This document shows positions 13,552-26,614 of a DNA stretch of 64,000 nt, in pieces (within the stretch, counting starts at the first letter, position 1; each line of letters opens with the position of its first letter). Under the pieces are notes generated by a model. It was not told where the DNA came from and ran no database searches. It saw only the letters and a program-made list of their open reading frames with translations. The position numbers were made by a program, and so were the translations under genes. Source of the stretch: Podarcis bocagei. Its lineage: Eukaryota. The DNA is taken from the NCBI GenBank assembly GCA_964188305.1, contig OZ076889.1. One strand, given 5' to 3'.

Positions 13552-15244
13552 ATATAAGTTGATATTATTGAATGTAGCAAAATAAATTTCTTTTCAGCAA
13601 TGCCATGAGTTCCATCAACACCATGCATTTCAAGCAGGAAAAAAAGCATTTGAAAACTACGTTAGAAATATAGGGACTGTATGTATGCAATTTGTCTGCC
13701 TTCACTACATACATATTTTTGAAAGCATCAAAATGTAGACCACCATATTTTTAAATATGTTTTCTATAGACATGGATTAGACACGCACTCACACAGGCCC
13801 AGGCTACCTCTGGATTTTGTCTTTAATAATAACAGCAATGAAAGGATAATGGTCAAATTATCCTTTGTTCTCATACTCTGTTATTTGAAAAAAATCTTTT
13901 GAAATCCAAGGGGTTTTGTGTGTGTCTGAGTAATGGTTTAAGAAGAGTCTTTAAATATTAAACATACCGGGGGAGGGGAGGAAATCAATGGATTAAGTCA
14001 GACCCAGTTTCATAATCATAATGCACTATGTTTAGAGATCAATCGGGTTTTTCTGTTTGTTTGTTTTGTTCCTATACTGTTCTTAGCACTCACTTTCCAG
14101 AGGGTGCCTTGCATTTTAAAATAGACTCAGTTTCATTACTTTAGATGTTTCTTCTCTTATGAAAAAAAAAGTTAGACACTCAGATATATATCTTTATTTT
14201 AATTTCCCGGATAGCAAACCCCCAGTGGGATAATCTCCTAGCAATCCATATGTGAAGGCAGTTTTTCAGCTCAGCAAATCCCCAAGTTATTTGATTTGAT
14301 CTCAGAACAATTTAATTGAAACAACGGAAAGCTATAAAGTATAGTCCTTACACACATGCTCGTTAAGGTTAATGAAAGATAGTTTAAAAAGAACGAAAAC
14401 AGCTTTATGGCCAATAGGTGAACCCATACTCATATTCAATAAATCCAGGATTTTCTTTCTGCAAACAGCATATTAAACGCGGTCTCAGGATTCAGTTAAG
14501 ATTGTTTTATGTCAAAGGCAATGGATTGCCTTGGAACTAAATGCACGAAAGACAGCCTTATTGGCAATGTACAGAGCAGAATTTCTGGTAAATGTTTTGG
14601 AAAATTGGAATCGCCATCCAAAGACCTGCCCAAGGGATCTGGCTTGCAGATGGATAAAGGAATGGATAAATAAAATATTTTCACCCTAATCCAGTGAAGA
14701 CAATATATGCACATCTCCTACTGGACCAGGAAGCGGAGGTATGCTTTGCATTCCCATGCCAGCAGATCTAGAAAGAAAGAAGAGGGGCAATATTGAATTG
14801 GGGTCAGATGAGGGCTTCAACTTTACTGCAGCTTTGCAGTGGGATATCCAATGAGATAACGCTCATCTAGTTCACTCTGAACTCCCATCCCCAGCGTGGA
14901 CTTAACCATTTGGGCTGAAATGAAAGCTGCCACATTACTGTTAGCTACAGGCTCAGTTTATGGTGAAGACAAGATGAGGTCTGCATCACCAGTCTTTGAT
15001 TCCATTAGGTTTGGATGGGTCAGCTGGGTAAACCTCAATCGGGTCCTGTTCCCTATTCCCTGTTCCCTGTGTTCCATTCCCAATACCCCAGAAGGCTGGT
15101 CTACAGGTGCCCCTTTCACTGTCTGGTGCCCTAGGATGTTTGTTAGCAGCCCATACTTTTCTCCCCCTTCCCCATTGGGGCATTAAACAGCACAGCCTTT
15201 TGATCCCCCTTTTCAATTATTTCTATGACCTTATATCTTCCAGT

Positions 15245-16010
15245 TGTGCGTCAAGGCCCGCAAGCCACCCCAAGGAGAATAAAGACACAAGGACACAGAA
15301 TTTTAAGTTAAATGTCAACGGGCAAAATTTAGGCCACAACTTTATTGGTTACAGAATGTGAGCAGTTTTGGCTTAGGCATTGGCATCAACAGACTGTATC
15401 TGACTCCTGCCCGCCTTGCAGGAAATCTGGTGAAGGTAAACCTCCAGTGGAAGGAGCCCCACTGATGCGGATCGACTCGAGCACCCCCTGGGTTCCCAAT
15501 GGGGTCGTGGCATGGCCCTAGCCCCTCCCCAGGCTTCGGATGAGAGCCACACCCCCGGATTCCTTTAATGGAATACCCTTAAGCATGGAGGGGCAGGTGC
15601 TGGCCGCCCCTCCCCTCCCCCCCACACCGCTATTCCAATGCCTAACTGCCAAACTTTACAAAGTTGTGACGATTGCTACGAGGTAGGCAAAAACCAAGTG
15701 GCTGGTGCCAACTTGCCAAGTGGAAAAAGTCCTACCAGGCCCCTCAACGATGACCAACCAAAATCCATAGCAAGGCCTATGACACAACCTAAAAGAAAAG
15801 TGGGATTGTGGGAGATCCTTGGCGCGAGGCTGAAAGAGGAAGCCTCAGAGTCACGCTGAGGCTTAAATCATCCCCGGCCACGCCCCCAGGTGAGCTGATT
15901 GGCCTCCTGACATCCTGACATGGCTGGGGTCTCGCCCAGCATAACACGGGATTCCGTTCCGCCACGAAGCTGAGGGGGAGTGGCTAGGAGGCCCGGACCG
16001 CAACCTGACA
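15245..16010 (-). mobile_element. Solo LTR-like element, about 766 bp, CpG-rich
   Basis: The minus strand starts TGTCAGG and ends ...CACA, with TATA-like GATTTAAGC and AATAAAGTTGTGGCC polyA signal. Sharp GC boundary. TSD is imperfect (ccagt/ccacc). Confidence 0.7.
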
Positions 16011-17696
16011 CCACCCGGAAGTGGATCTGCTGTAAAGAAGCACTCCAAAGTAGTGTACTTCCTGAAACAACACATGTGAATTGAAATGGAGCTATCTTTA
16101 GAAATCCACACTTCTCCAAATTTTGCAGTGCTGTTCTCTAGCTACATAGTGTGCACAACAAGGCCAGTACTAGGATAAAGTGTGCCAAACGATGCACATA
16201 TTAATGACAGTAACATGCAAAAGGGCATTATATTAGGGTAAATTCCTTGCAGAATGCATTCAGTACTTTAAGCAAATCTGCATACAAAAATTTGTATAAT
16301 GGGAGAAATCAGGACTACAATGAAAGCTGATGAACAGTTGTAAAATGATGTGCCGATGTGGAGAACTGAAGACTGGGGAAATGAAACATGAGAAACCGAG
16401 AGAAACCAAAATTGACAGATTCGCCCTCCTTTCTCATTGAATTCAATAGGGTTGAATTCTTCTGAGTTGACATTAGGCAACGAAGGAAGACAAATGGTGC
16501 ACACAGTGAACAGGAGCACCTTTTCTATTAATGCACATTTTCTTCCCCGTATATTTCTGTCTGAAATCGTAATCCTCTGTCTGACATCACAATTAGTTTC
16601 TGTGGAGAAGATTAGGGTGCCTCAAACAGAAGATTATTAACTCCAGGTGAAGAATAAACTGCTGGAACAAATGAACTACCACCAAAAAACACACACCCAA
16701 CCCTTTAAAATCCCATTGTTTTTGAACAGTTTTGAAAAATAACAAAAGGCGAGGAGGAAAGATGGCCCGCAATACATAACATCAAGAGTGTTCAGGGAAA
16801 CAAGCCATTCAGTAACATTTAAACCACTTCTTTTTAAGTACTTGATGTAAAAATAGAAGAGTGAAGAAGGTTGTAAGAGGCAAATGTATACATACAATAC
16901 AAATGTATTTGCTAAGCAAGTCATTAGCATCTGTTTCTCTTGATCCGTGATAGAAATCAGGACATCAGAGCAAAAGGAACTCATTCTAAGTTAGATGGGC
17001 CACCTCTCCGAACTTGCCTAGTACCACGCGAGCTCTCAGACAAGCTGAAACAGGGCATTAGGAACCCAAGCTTATTTCTTAAGCTTGTTTATTATCTGTT
17101 AAAGAGAGTTTGATATCTGCATATATCCACTATTCATTTTCTATACACCTTACTTTTAGGGACTCTTCCCATATGGCTTGTCTTCTGGTTTACCGTCGAA
17201 AATGTGCATTTGTATTTGTAAACACACATGTATTACACATATGCATGCAATTGGTGAAGAGCCCCAATTGGCAGCAGTCCCTTGTTCAGTGGTTAAGAAT
17301 ACCAGATTGGTCACAATGTGGCATGAAGTGTTACAGTCCGCCTTTGTACTTTTTTCTACGTTGGTACCCAGGAATGTGAGATACCCAGGTTTTGTTTTGT
17401 GTGTTTTTTTTAAAAAAAATGCAAGTAAGAATGCACACCACTTGGACACCTCTTAATTATTTTAAACTCAGAAAGAGACAAACCCCACTTCCTTACACCA
17501 AGGGATTATCAAGGAAAGTGAATCTCTTTTACTCCCCCCATGAAAAGCTCCTGGACCTATTAGTATGGAATTTGGCAGGCTTAATTCACTCTGAAGTGCC
17601 TTCAAGTTTCATTCAATCTGGCCAAAAGCAAGGAAAGTTATGACTACCTTTAGATTTCCCGTTATAGTGAATGGGGGAACACATAGCCATACACAC

Positions 17697-17741
17697 ACAA
17701 ACAAACAAACAAACAAACAAACAAACAAACAGAGAGAGAGA
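17697..17741. repeat. (CAAA)n followed by (GA)n microsatellite
   Basis: Simple repeats. Confidence 0.92.
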
Positions 17742-18024
17742 AGTTTGGAACCTGAAACACAACTCGGAACCTGAAAAAACAGATTGTAATGGAAAGAGCA
17801 TAATGTGACTCAGAAGCAGATAATAGGTTTTTTTTAACGCACGTATATACACATAGAATCTAGTGGCCTGTGTGAGCCATATATAGAGACATAGATGCAT
17901 TTATACCCTGCCCTTCAGTATTTATTTCTACTTCCAGGGTGGCTAGCCTTACAGGGCCAAAACATGCATATGTACATAATTGTATGGATTGAAATAATAG
18001 TCTGGAAAACCAACATAGGTGTTC

Positions 18025-18027
<3 letters not shown>

Positions 18028-18080
<53 letters not shown>
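18028..18080. repeat. (GA)n microsatellite
   Basis: Perfect dinucleotide run. Confidence 0.97.
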
Positions 18081-18084
<4 letters not shown>

Positions 18085-19185
18085 AAAGTAGGGTAGAAAA
18101 AGTGGAACTAGGAGGACAGGGAGGGGAAGAATCCAAGACCATGCTGATTCTTTTCACTGGAGTGTGCAATTAAGTTGAAAGGCCCGGCAAGGCTTCATAG
18201 GGCTCTCTTCTTTTTTAATTCTTTGTTTTTAAATACCACTATTTTCCATCTTTCTATATCTGCACATTCAATTAACACACCATAATAGTATGCTTTAAAA
18301 ACATCAAATTTCCCCTGCTGGGCTGCTTTTTCAGCTGCATGAATAACCACTACTGATGTAATGATCTCATCTTGTCTACAATAAAATAATTCAAAGCCCT
18401 GTAGTTGATATTCAGTGCAGTCAACGTTTAGAGAAAACGGTTACAATCCAAATGCATAGGAATTATTCACCAGGAATGCATTTATTTCTCTTCAATTACA
18501 ATTTGTTTTCCAGGTGCAAATGCCAAGGAGAGAGAAAAAAATACAGTTCATTTATGGACCAGCAAACATCTCCACTTCACAAACTTTCAAATTACTGAAC
18601 CATTTGGACACAATGGGCACTGTGGAGTACATACAAGAAATTGTTAAGCTATAAATGATGTGACCTTTTTCTTGGGTCTAGTAATGATTCCACTTGAGAT
18701 TCATTCCATTTTTCTGCCTCGGGGAATCTGAGCAGACCACCATTCACCAGTCAAAGCAAACAGCACTAGTTCCTCTTGACATCTCTTAGATTTCCAAGAA
18801 TGTGTTAATTCTTGCCCAGGCCTCTGCGTGTGGCGATTCTGATAGTGTCAAGGGACTGGGGGTTGTTATGTACGAAAAGGTCTTATTGCTATGATTTTGG
18901 GAATTGCTAACCATGTTAATGCAGAGCGATTATATTTTAAATTGTTTCCACTCTTCCTTCTTCATGCACCTTCTTTCATCTGGAAGTGGAAAGCTCTGTG
19001 TCTTTTTCTGTGCCACTGAGCACATTATGAGAAAGCAATATAAGGGGGTTTTTATTTTAAAAAGTTAAATGCAATAAAATAAAGACAAATGTTGCCACCT
19101 GGAACCATTAAAAAAATCACCATGCATTTTTACATGCTATTTATGACCTTTGACAAAAAGAGAACTTGACATTCATCACAACAGA

Positions 19186-19323
19186 TCACAGAATCATCGA
19201 GTTGGATAGGATCCCAGGGATCATCTGCTCTAACCCCCTGCAATGCAGAAATATGCACCCATATGGTGATCAAACTCATTACCTTGGTGTTATTGGCACC
19301 ATGCTCTAATGAACAGAGCTAAC
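19186..19323 (-). mobile_element. tRNA-derived SINE with CR1-like 3' tail (Squam3-like)
   Basis: The minus strand has a tRNA-like head (gttagctc...agagcatggtgccaataacaccaagg...tttgatc) and ends in ccaactcgatgattctgtga, a CR1-type tail. Confidence 0.7.
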
Positions 19324-21161
19324 TGAACATTGTGGTTTGACCCACTGATGTCAAGAGGTTTTAAGATGCATCACAGCTGGGTGGAGATTGCAGCCATGTG
19401 TATTGCCATTCCCTTTAGGAATCCTTTGCTGTCTTAGGCTGATCTTAGGCCATAGGTGACTAACATCCTTCTTTGGCTCAAGGGGCTCATTCATCCTTGG
19501 CCAACCTTTCAGGGTCATGTACCAGCAACGAATGTGACAAAACCCCACTCTCACACTTCTTACCGGAAGCCTTTTGTTTCCTCAAAATTCCTTGGATCCC
19601 TCCATCCTGCATGCCACATGCCAAAATTGCCACATTCAGTTTGAAATTTTGTGTAGACAAAATTGAACGACACCTCCAGCGACTGCCTGCATGACCAACC
19701 TGTGCTTGCTAGAAGTCTAAAAATGGGATATAATTATAGTTACATTGCTCTGAGCAAGTGGGAAGAATTAATGAACATTATACAATAAATGGATCTTGGT
19801 AAAGGAATGGGGGAAAGTGTAACAAATACATAGTGCCCCCCTCTCTGAGAGCTTTTCTCTTCTTCTTCTTCTTCCCTCCACTGACATCTGATATTTCAAA
19901 TGAACAGAGAAGGAAAAGACCTTATGTGTTTTGCTTAACATGGACTTTGAGCGCTACTAAGAGGAGAATCCTCTCTGGAGAATGGATGTTTTTCCTAATC
20001 GTGTTTAACATTTTAGCAGGTTATAAATAAGCCATAGGGCAATTGAATCATCTCCCGAAATTACAGTGGTTAAGATGTATTCCCCAAAGTATCAGCCCTG
20101 GAGTTTGGAAAAGTATCTGCCTGGTGTCTCGCCTCAGGCTCCAGCAGAGTCATCCCATCCACTATGTGAGACACCGTTTGTCAAGGCCTTGAGAGGTTTA
20201 GATGGTCCACAAGAAGCTACGTCTCCTCACATAAGCAAAGAAACCTCCCTGAAGCACAAAAAACCCATGCTCATGTTTTTGAAAATGTCGATTGTATTGT
20301 AGTGTGAATTAATCCACATGTAAATTGCACAGCATATCTTGGAACGAGAAGAAATGTCAGAGTTGACAGGTAGTTCAGCTATTGCAATATAGACAGGGGG
20401 GAAGTGCAGAGGGAAATAGTCACTGAAAAGCACAGATCTCCTTCTGAACAGATACCACAGCTCTCCTGAGAAGAAAAGTTCACAAGGACCACGTCTTATC
20501 ATTTCTTGAAGATGAGGCCTTCCAGTGATGGTCAAAGCAGAGAATATGATATTCTGCCCTTCCCCAAACAATACCTGAACTGTAACATAGCCATCTTTTG
20601 AAATTCTCACTTCCCAAAATTTCACAGTCCTCCAGGAAGGTTATTGGTACCGAAATGCATATACTAGTGGAAAGTGTGCAGAAGATGCATATTGGAGGGG
20701 ACGGGACGACGAAAAGTGAGTCCGGAAGGCTGGTGCCGCAGCAATTTAGGCTGCTAACATGCCCCCTCGCAGGCACCTGGTTGGGTGCCTGCCCGTGGGC
20801 GTGGGCGCCAGCCAGGTGAGTGGGAGGCAGGGGGCTAACGCCCCCTGCTTGAGGTGGAGTCCAGATCCCGACCACAACCACTCCCCTCTCTTGCAGGAGG
20901 AGAGTCTTTATGGCATGGTGCCAGAGCAGAATATGTTGTGGTTGCAAGTAGGAAGAGCATAACAAGTTGTGTGTCATGTGTGGGTGGGATGGATGTTACT
21001 GGCTCATTCCTGCACTGTTTATGTGTTATTATCTGTAGATTTTTAGCTGCTGCTCATCATAGAAATTGTGCAAATGAGTTTTAAAAGGCACATGCCTGAG
21101 TGTGTGAACAAGGAATTTGACAAAGGTTGTATGGGCAGATTGTGTGAGTGTCCCCTAAATA

Positions 21162-21419
21162 CTGTATTTTTTGCTCTATAAGACTCACTTTTTCCCTCCT
21201 AAAAAGTAAGGGGAAATGTGTGTTCATCTAATGGAGCGAATGCAGGCTGCGCAGCTATCCCAGAAGCCAGAACAGCAAGAGGGATTGCTGCTTTCACTGC
21301 GCAGCCATCCCGCTTGCTGTTCTGGCTTCTGAGATTCAGAATATTTTTTTCTTGTTTTCCTCCTCCAAAAACTAGATGCCTCTTGCAGTGTGGTGTGTCT
21401 TATAGAGCAAAAAATACGG
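21162..21419. mobile_element. Tc1/mariner-type MITE
   Basis: TIRs ctgtattttttgctctataagac / gtcttatagagcaaaaaatacgg, flanked by TA. Confidence 0.9.
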
Positions 21420-23549
21420 TATTCATGAGCTCTTTCCCTTGCCCATCCTTGTAAGATGCTGGCAATATTCAGGAATCCTATCCTGACATTACTGGTGTTT
21501 CTGCTACACTGACCATTTATTGAAGGAAATCCCACAGATAGTAGGGATAGAAGAGAAGTTTAATTCAGCTGGCATTTAAAAGCTAACCTGCTTAATTTGC
21601 ACTTTCTGAAGCAATATGCTAAGGGAAACACAGCCGTTCTTTGAAATTCACACTTCACTGAATTTTGCAGCTTAGAAAAGCATATATTACTGAATAGACT
21701 GAGCAAAACTGCATACAAAAAATCTGTATATTGGGAGAAAATGTGGAAGTGTGGAGAACTGAACCACACTAGGCCACACAGAGCATAAGTTCAGGCAGCT
21801 GAAAGTGAAGAAAACATAAACAAATAAGGAATGCCAAAACTTGGAGACACTTTTCAGCACTAACGGCCATGAAAAATTGTGGATGATTCCAGCAAATCCA
21901 TATTAAAGGATTTTTAAACACACACACAAGAATGTTATATTTACAGCAAAACCCACCATCCATATTCAAATTTGTTTTTCTCCATCAAAACACACCTCTT
22001 TTAATGAATGGGATTCTGTGTGTTTTGTTTGAGTCATTCTGATTGGATTCTCATTACATAGCCTTGTCCCAGAAACAGGGCTAGATGCTGCATTCTAACT
22101 GCTAGCCACTCATCACAATTACTTCCTAGAGTTTTAGAAAAACAACTCAGAATATCTCATCTGCATCAGAAGATGGATAAACTACTTCTGGGAGTCTTTT
22201 TAAGTCTGAATGGGGGGGAAAATTAAGAAAAAAATGGGGAAAGCACGAGAGATTGCACTCTTATGGTACTTATAAGATGATCTTCCTGCCTCTCTTCAAT
22301 ATAGCTATTATATGGATTATGTCTAAAGCAGGGCAAGAAGGGCTGTCCCAGAACTGCATTATCTAAAGTAGCATAAAGCACTCCCCTCCTTTTTTACACT
22401 GATGGCAGAAGCTCTTCAAATTATTTCTTCTCCAAATACACTCCTGCCTAATGCATCAGCCACTTACCCATCTTAACTGAAGTATGTCAAGAAGACAGAA
22501 CATGGGGTTGAAGATATTACCATGCTTCATTCTGAAGTAAACACCCTTCATTGTACGGCAGGCATTTGGAATAGGTCCCTTGAGACACCCCTAGACAGAC
22601 ATAATTTTTATTGTGTATCTTGATGCCATCAGGGCAGTTATACATGGCCCTGTCTTCAACACAGTTCACTCTTGTAGAAGTTTCGGAGCAGACATACTGC
22701 TTCGTTTCCAACCAGTTCATGTCCTGTAGCTTGCTGCTGAAATCTTTCTAGGCCACAAATGTTTGTGTGTGGTGTGTATGTGTGGGTTTTGTTCTGCTCT
22801 GTTGTTGTAGTACAAGAATACCCTCCATATCTCAGTAACGTTGGGGAAGCATCGCAGAACGATGAGTGAAGTGGAATGACGAGTGGACCATCCAGTATAT
22901 ATTCACAACTAATGCACTATTGTTGTATCAATGACACGTTACAGAATACACCTGCCCCCCCAAAACCACCAGTCCAGAGGACCTCTTGCTGGCAGTTAAG
23001 TAGATGCTTATAAGCACTTTTGACTACTGTCTTGCTCCCTCAATGCAGGCAAAGTGGTATGCAGTAGAATAGCTCCATATGTGAATCCAGCATAGCCTTT
23101 GTCTTTCCCACTCTGTCCATACCCTCCATGTTGCATGTGCTGCTGCTGGACCATGTGCTCTGTGATGTGGTGGGCTGTTTGCTGGAACTTGAGCGCCTTC
23201 TGTGTGCTAGTCACCAGAATCAAGCATCAGTTTGTTCCAGAGCTCCTGCCACACAACCTGCTTGAAGGTGGAGATTGGTTGCACGCACAGGGGCCTTGGA
23301 AGCGATGGGCCATTTCACATTATGAGAAGGCCAGAAGTCCTCAGTTTGAGGTGACCAGCTTTCTGCTAAAGCAGCTGCATGCCCAGTGAGGAATGAGCAT
23401 GAATGTGATGCTGGAGGCAGCTGGCACGTACTGCACCCTCTGTTCTTGATGCAGGATAATGGCCTTGGTAAAAAAAGAAATGATTTTGTGTATGAAATGA
23501 AATTAGAGGGAATAAAAAAAATGTAAACAAAGCAAGCATTTACTAGAAC

Positions 23550-23745
23550 TGTGAGATGGTGTAGTTTAGAGTGTGGTCTAAGACCGGGTACACAGTGTTC
23601 AAAGCTCCACTTGAACATGATTTCAGTCATAGCTTCTCAATTCAGCCTACTTCTCAGGGGTTTTGTGAGAATTAACTGGGGCAGGGGGAGAAACATGTAT
23701 GCCATATTGAGCTCCTCACAAGAAAGATGGGACATGAATGCAACA
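23550..23745 (+). mobile_element. Old tRNA/CORE-like SINE remnant
   Basis: A-box-like tggtgtagtttagag, B-box-like gttcaaagc, core cagcctacttctcagggg, and a (caa)n tail. Confidence 0.5.
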
Positions 23746-24205
23746 ACAACAACAACATCGCATCTTAAATTGTTGTATTCATCTTAATTTTATTGTATTG
23801 CTGGCTTGCGTTACAATATTTTTGCAGTTTTAAATTTCTCTGCACACCACTCTGAATTCTGCTTTTGGATAAAGAATAGTTTACACAATTTAAAATAAAT
23901 AAATAAAATAATAATATGTCTCAGGCAGTACTACCATGCTATATTTGGTCATTAGATTCTTCTGAGAGTGACTCCTCCATTGAGCCTGAATCATCTGCCC
24001 AGGAGATCTTATAGCAGCAGAGAAATTGATGGAGGATAGGTTGAGCGCTAGCAGCGAATTATTTTTATTTATTTTATCAATGTATGTTCTGTTTAACACT
24101 CTGATTTCTAAACACTGTAGAGTGTGGGTACAAAAAAAATTACAATACTGTAGAGCTATAATCAGCTAAAATAAATAAAGACCCGGTTTACTTAAAATGC
24201 CTGCC

Positions 24206-24240
24206 ATAACAATAACAATAACAATAACAATAACAATAAC

Positions 24241-24298
<58 letters not shown>
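24206..24298. repeat. Compound (AATAAC)n/(AAT)n microsatellite
   Basis: Simple repeat; source of the poly-Ile pseudo-ORFs. Confidence 0.97.
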
Positions 24299-24523
24299 TT
24301 CACCAAGCACCTGATGTTCAATAGAAAAGGGCCCTGTCTGATCTCCTGGAAGTACTTTGTGGGGCTTCTGGGGCGGAGACTCCCCCCTTTTGCATCACCC
24401 GTTGTATCACCGGCGCTGGGCGGAGCCATGCCCAGTGTGGATCCACTGACCAATCAACGCCGGGAGGCGGTGTAACTGCAGAAGATTTAACCACAGCACA
24501 GCTGTGGACTGAATTTTATGGAT

Positions 24524-25030
24524 CTAGACAGCATCTTAACAAGCAGAGACATCACCTTGCCAACAAAGGTCCGTATAGTTAAAGCTATGGTTTTCCTAGT
24601 AGTGATGTATGGAAGTGAGAGCTGGACCATAACGAAGACTGATCGCCAAAGAACTGATGCTTTTGAATTATGGTGCTGGAGGAGACTCTTGAGAGTCCCA
24701 TGGACTGCAAGAAGATCAAACCTATCCATTCTTAAGGAAATCAGCACTGAGTGCTCACTGAAAGGACAGATCGTGAAGCTGAGGCTCCAGTACTTTGGCC
24801 ACCTCATGAGAAGAGAAGACTCCCTGGGAAAGACCCTGATGTTGGGAAAGATGGAGGGCACAAGGAGAAGGGGACGACAGAGGACGAGATGGTTGGACAG
24901 TGTTCTCGAAGCTACCAGCATGAGTTTGACCAAACTGCGGGAGGCAGTGGAAGACAGGAGTGCCTGGCGTGCTCTGGTCCAGGGGGTCACGAAGAGTCGG
25001 ACACGACTAAACGACTAAACAACAACAACT
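24524..25030 (+). mobile_element. Bov-B (RTE) LINE 3' fragment
   Basis: ORF 24518-25018 encodes SRDITLPTKVRIVKAMVF...YGSESWT...DAFELWCWRRLLRVPWTARRSN...YFGHLMRR. The tail is acgactaaacgactaaacaacaac. Confidence 0.96.
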
Positions 25031-26362
25031 CCTTACCCTTTCCTTCTCCCACAGATGTCTTGCAATGCAGCAAGTATGGATTTCCTGCTACAGCATATGT
25101 ACCTTCTTGGACCCACTATTAGTCTTGTCCACTCAATCTGCTGGAGTCTTTCTTTGCATGCAGGGGAAGTCCCTAACTCACTGAGGGTTTGAGACCCATT
25201 GGCTACCCTCACCTGGTTTAACTGGGCAGTTGAATCAGTTTCCTGGGGTGTGGCCACTGTTGCATGCTGACAGCTTCTAGGAGACACAAGTGAGAGAAAA
25301 GTACAGGGTGGGGACCAAAGGTGGACAAACTACCCCAGAAGGAGCATGACATGTCCCCCACCAGAGGTACTACCCTAGAGTGCTGTAGAAGCATGAAGTA
25401 TTATTACTTTGGCTAGTGTCCACCTGACGATTCAGAAAACCCAGTCACTGAATTCTCCTTTTTTCATGTTCCTCCATGCCCTTAAATGCACTGCTTATCC
25501 ATGGAAGCATTCAGGGCCTTCAGATAGGCTGCAAGTCACATGGCATAAATCAGGTCTATCCTGCTGCAGCACTCTGAAAAACCCACTCGTCAATGCTTAT
25601 TACTTAGTGCAGACTTGCAGCTTGGATCTCTGCAGCTTTTAGGAAAAACTTGATTTGGTTTATTGGTACTATAAAGCCAATTGATGTCGGATAGCTGTAA
25701 CGCTGATATAATTTGGCTCTTGAAGGTCAGGCTGAAAGGTTGCACTTCACAACCCCCCCATTTTGTTTTGTTTCCTAGAAGGATTTGTGAATCAGGAGAG
25801 AAATAAACAGTGAAGTGTTCTTGAGGTCAAGCCAGCTGGGGTCTAGCAGGTAATGGAGATTTGCCACTTCATTTTCCAGAAAGGAAAAGAAAATCTACAG
25901 CTTGGGGCGGAGATGAATGGGAGAAACTGTAGCATATCAGAGTTTCATTGGATTGTTTCTGTCTGAGAGGGAGGTTTGTTTGCCTGGGGGGGGGGGAGAG
26001 AGAGGGGGAGATATAGAAACATTTGTGGTTGATATCAATGAACAGAGTTTTGAAATATTCATGGCATATGTAAGATGGTTAGTTGGCATCTTACAGACAA
26101 TACCTGCAGCCAAGCTAGTGCCAAAATATTACTCTGGTTTCCTTTGGACCACATCAGCAAAGCCAGGAGGGGTATTGTCATCTGGTCAGCCCTGGATCTC
26201 CACACACATGGCCCAGGCTTGTGCTCTAGAGTGGTCATGTTGGACTTCACCCCCAGAGATGCACTCCATTGTCTCTTGAGACAGACAGATGCCAGCAGGG
26301 TGTTCCAAGAGCTTCATGTTCGTTATTGCAGGACCCCTATGGCCAGGATAGAGAACCTAAAG

Positions 26363-26498
26363 CAGTGATGGCCAAACTTGGCCCTCCAGCTGTTTTGGGA
26401 CTACAACTCCCATCATCCCTAGCTAACAGGACCAGTGGTCAGGGATGATTGGAATTGTATTCCCAAAACAGCTGGAGGGCCAAGTTTGGCCATCATGG
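26363..26498. mobile_element. hAT-type MITE (same core as 10610)
   Basis: TIRs cagtgatggccaaacttggccctccag / ctggagggccaagtttggccatcatgg with TSD acctaaag/acctaagg. Confidence 0.88.
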
Positions 26499-26509
26499 AC
26501 CTAAGGCAT

Positions 26510-26614
26510 TCTAAACTACAATTCCCATCAACCCTGACCATTGGCTATGTCGCCTAGAGGTGATGGGAGCTGGAGTTTGATAACAGCTGGAGGACACAGA
26601 TTAGCCACCCCTGA
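26510..26614. mobile_element. Partial hAT-type MITE
   Basis: actacaattcccatca...gatgggagc...gccacccctg, a degenerate member of the same group. Confidence 0.6.

Noticed and set aside
19250-19323. tRNA gene
   Set aside because: Degenerate tRNA-like head fused to a CR1-type tail, so it is a SINE.
20480-20977. 165-aa minus-strand ORF
   Set aside because: No recognisable domain or exon structure; probably chance, helped by the local GC richness.
22517-22720. Assigning a gene name to the exon candidate
   Set aside because: I could not recognise the peptide with any confidence.
24166-24475. Poly-Ile ORFs (also poly-Leu, poly-Asn and ER/LS-repeat ORFs elsewhere)
   Set aside because: These are translations of microsatellites.
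24487-24990. Antisense ORFs over Bov-B (also 57494-57877) and L2 (41496-41876)
   Set aside because: Shadow frames of TE coding sequence.
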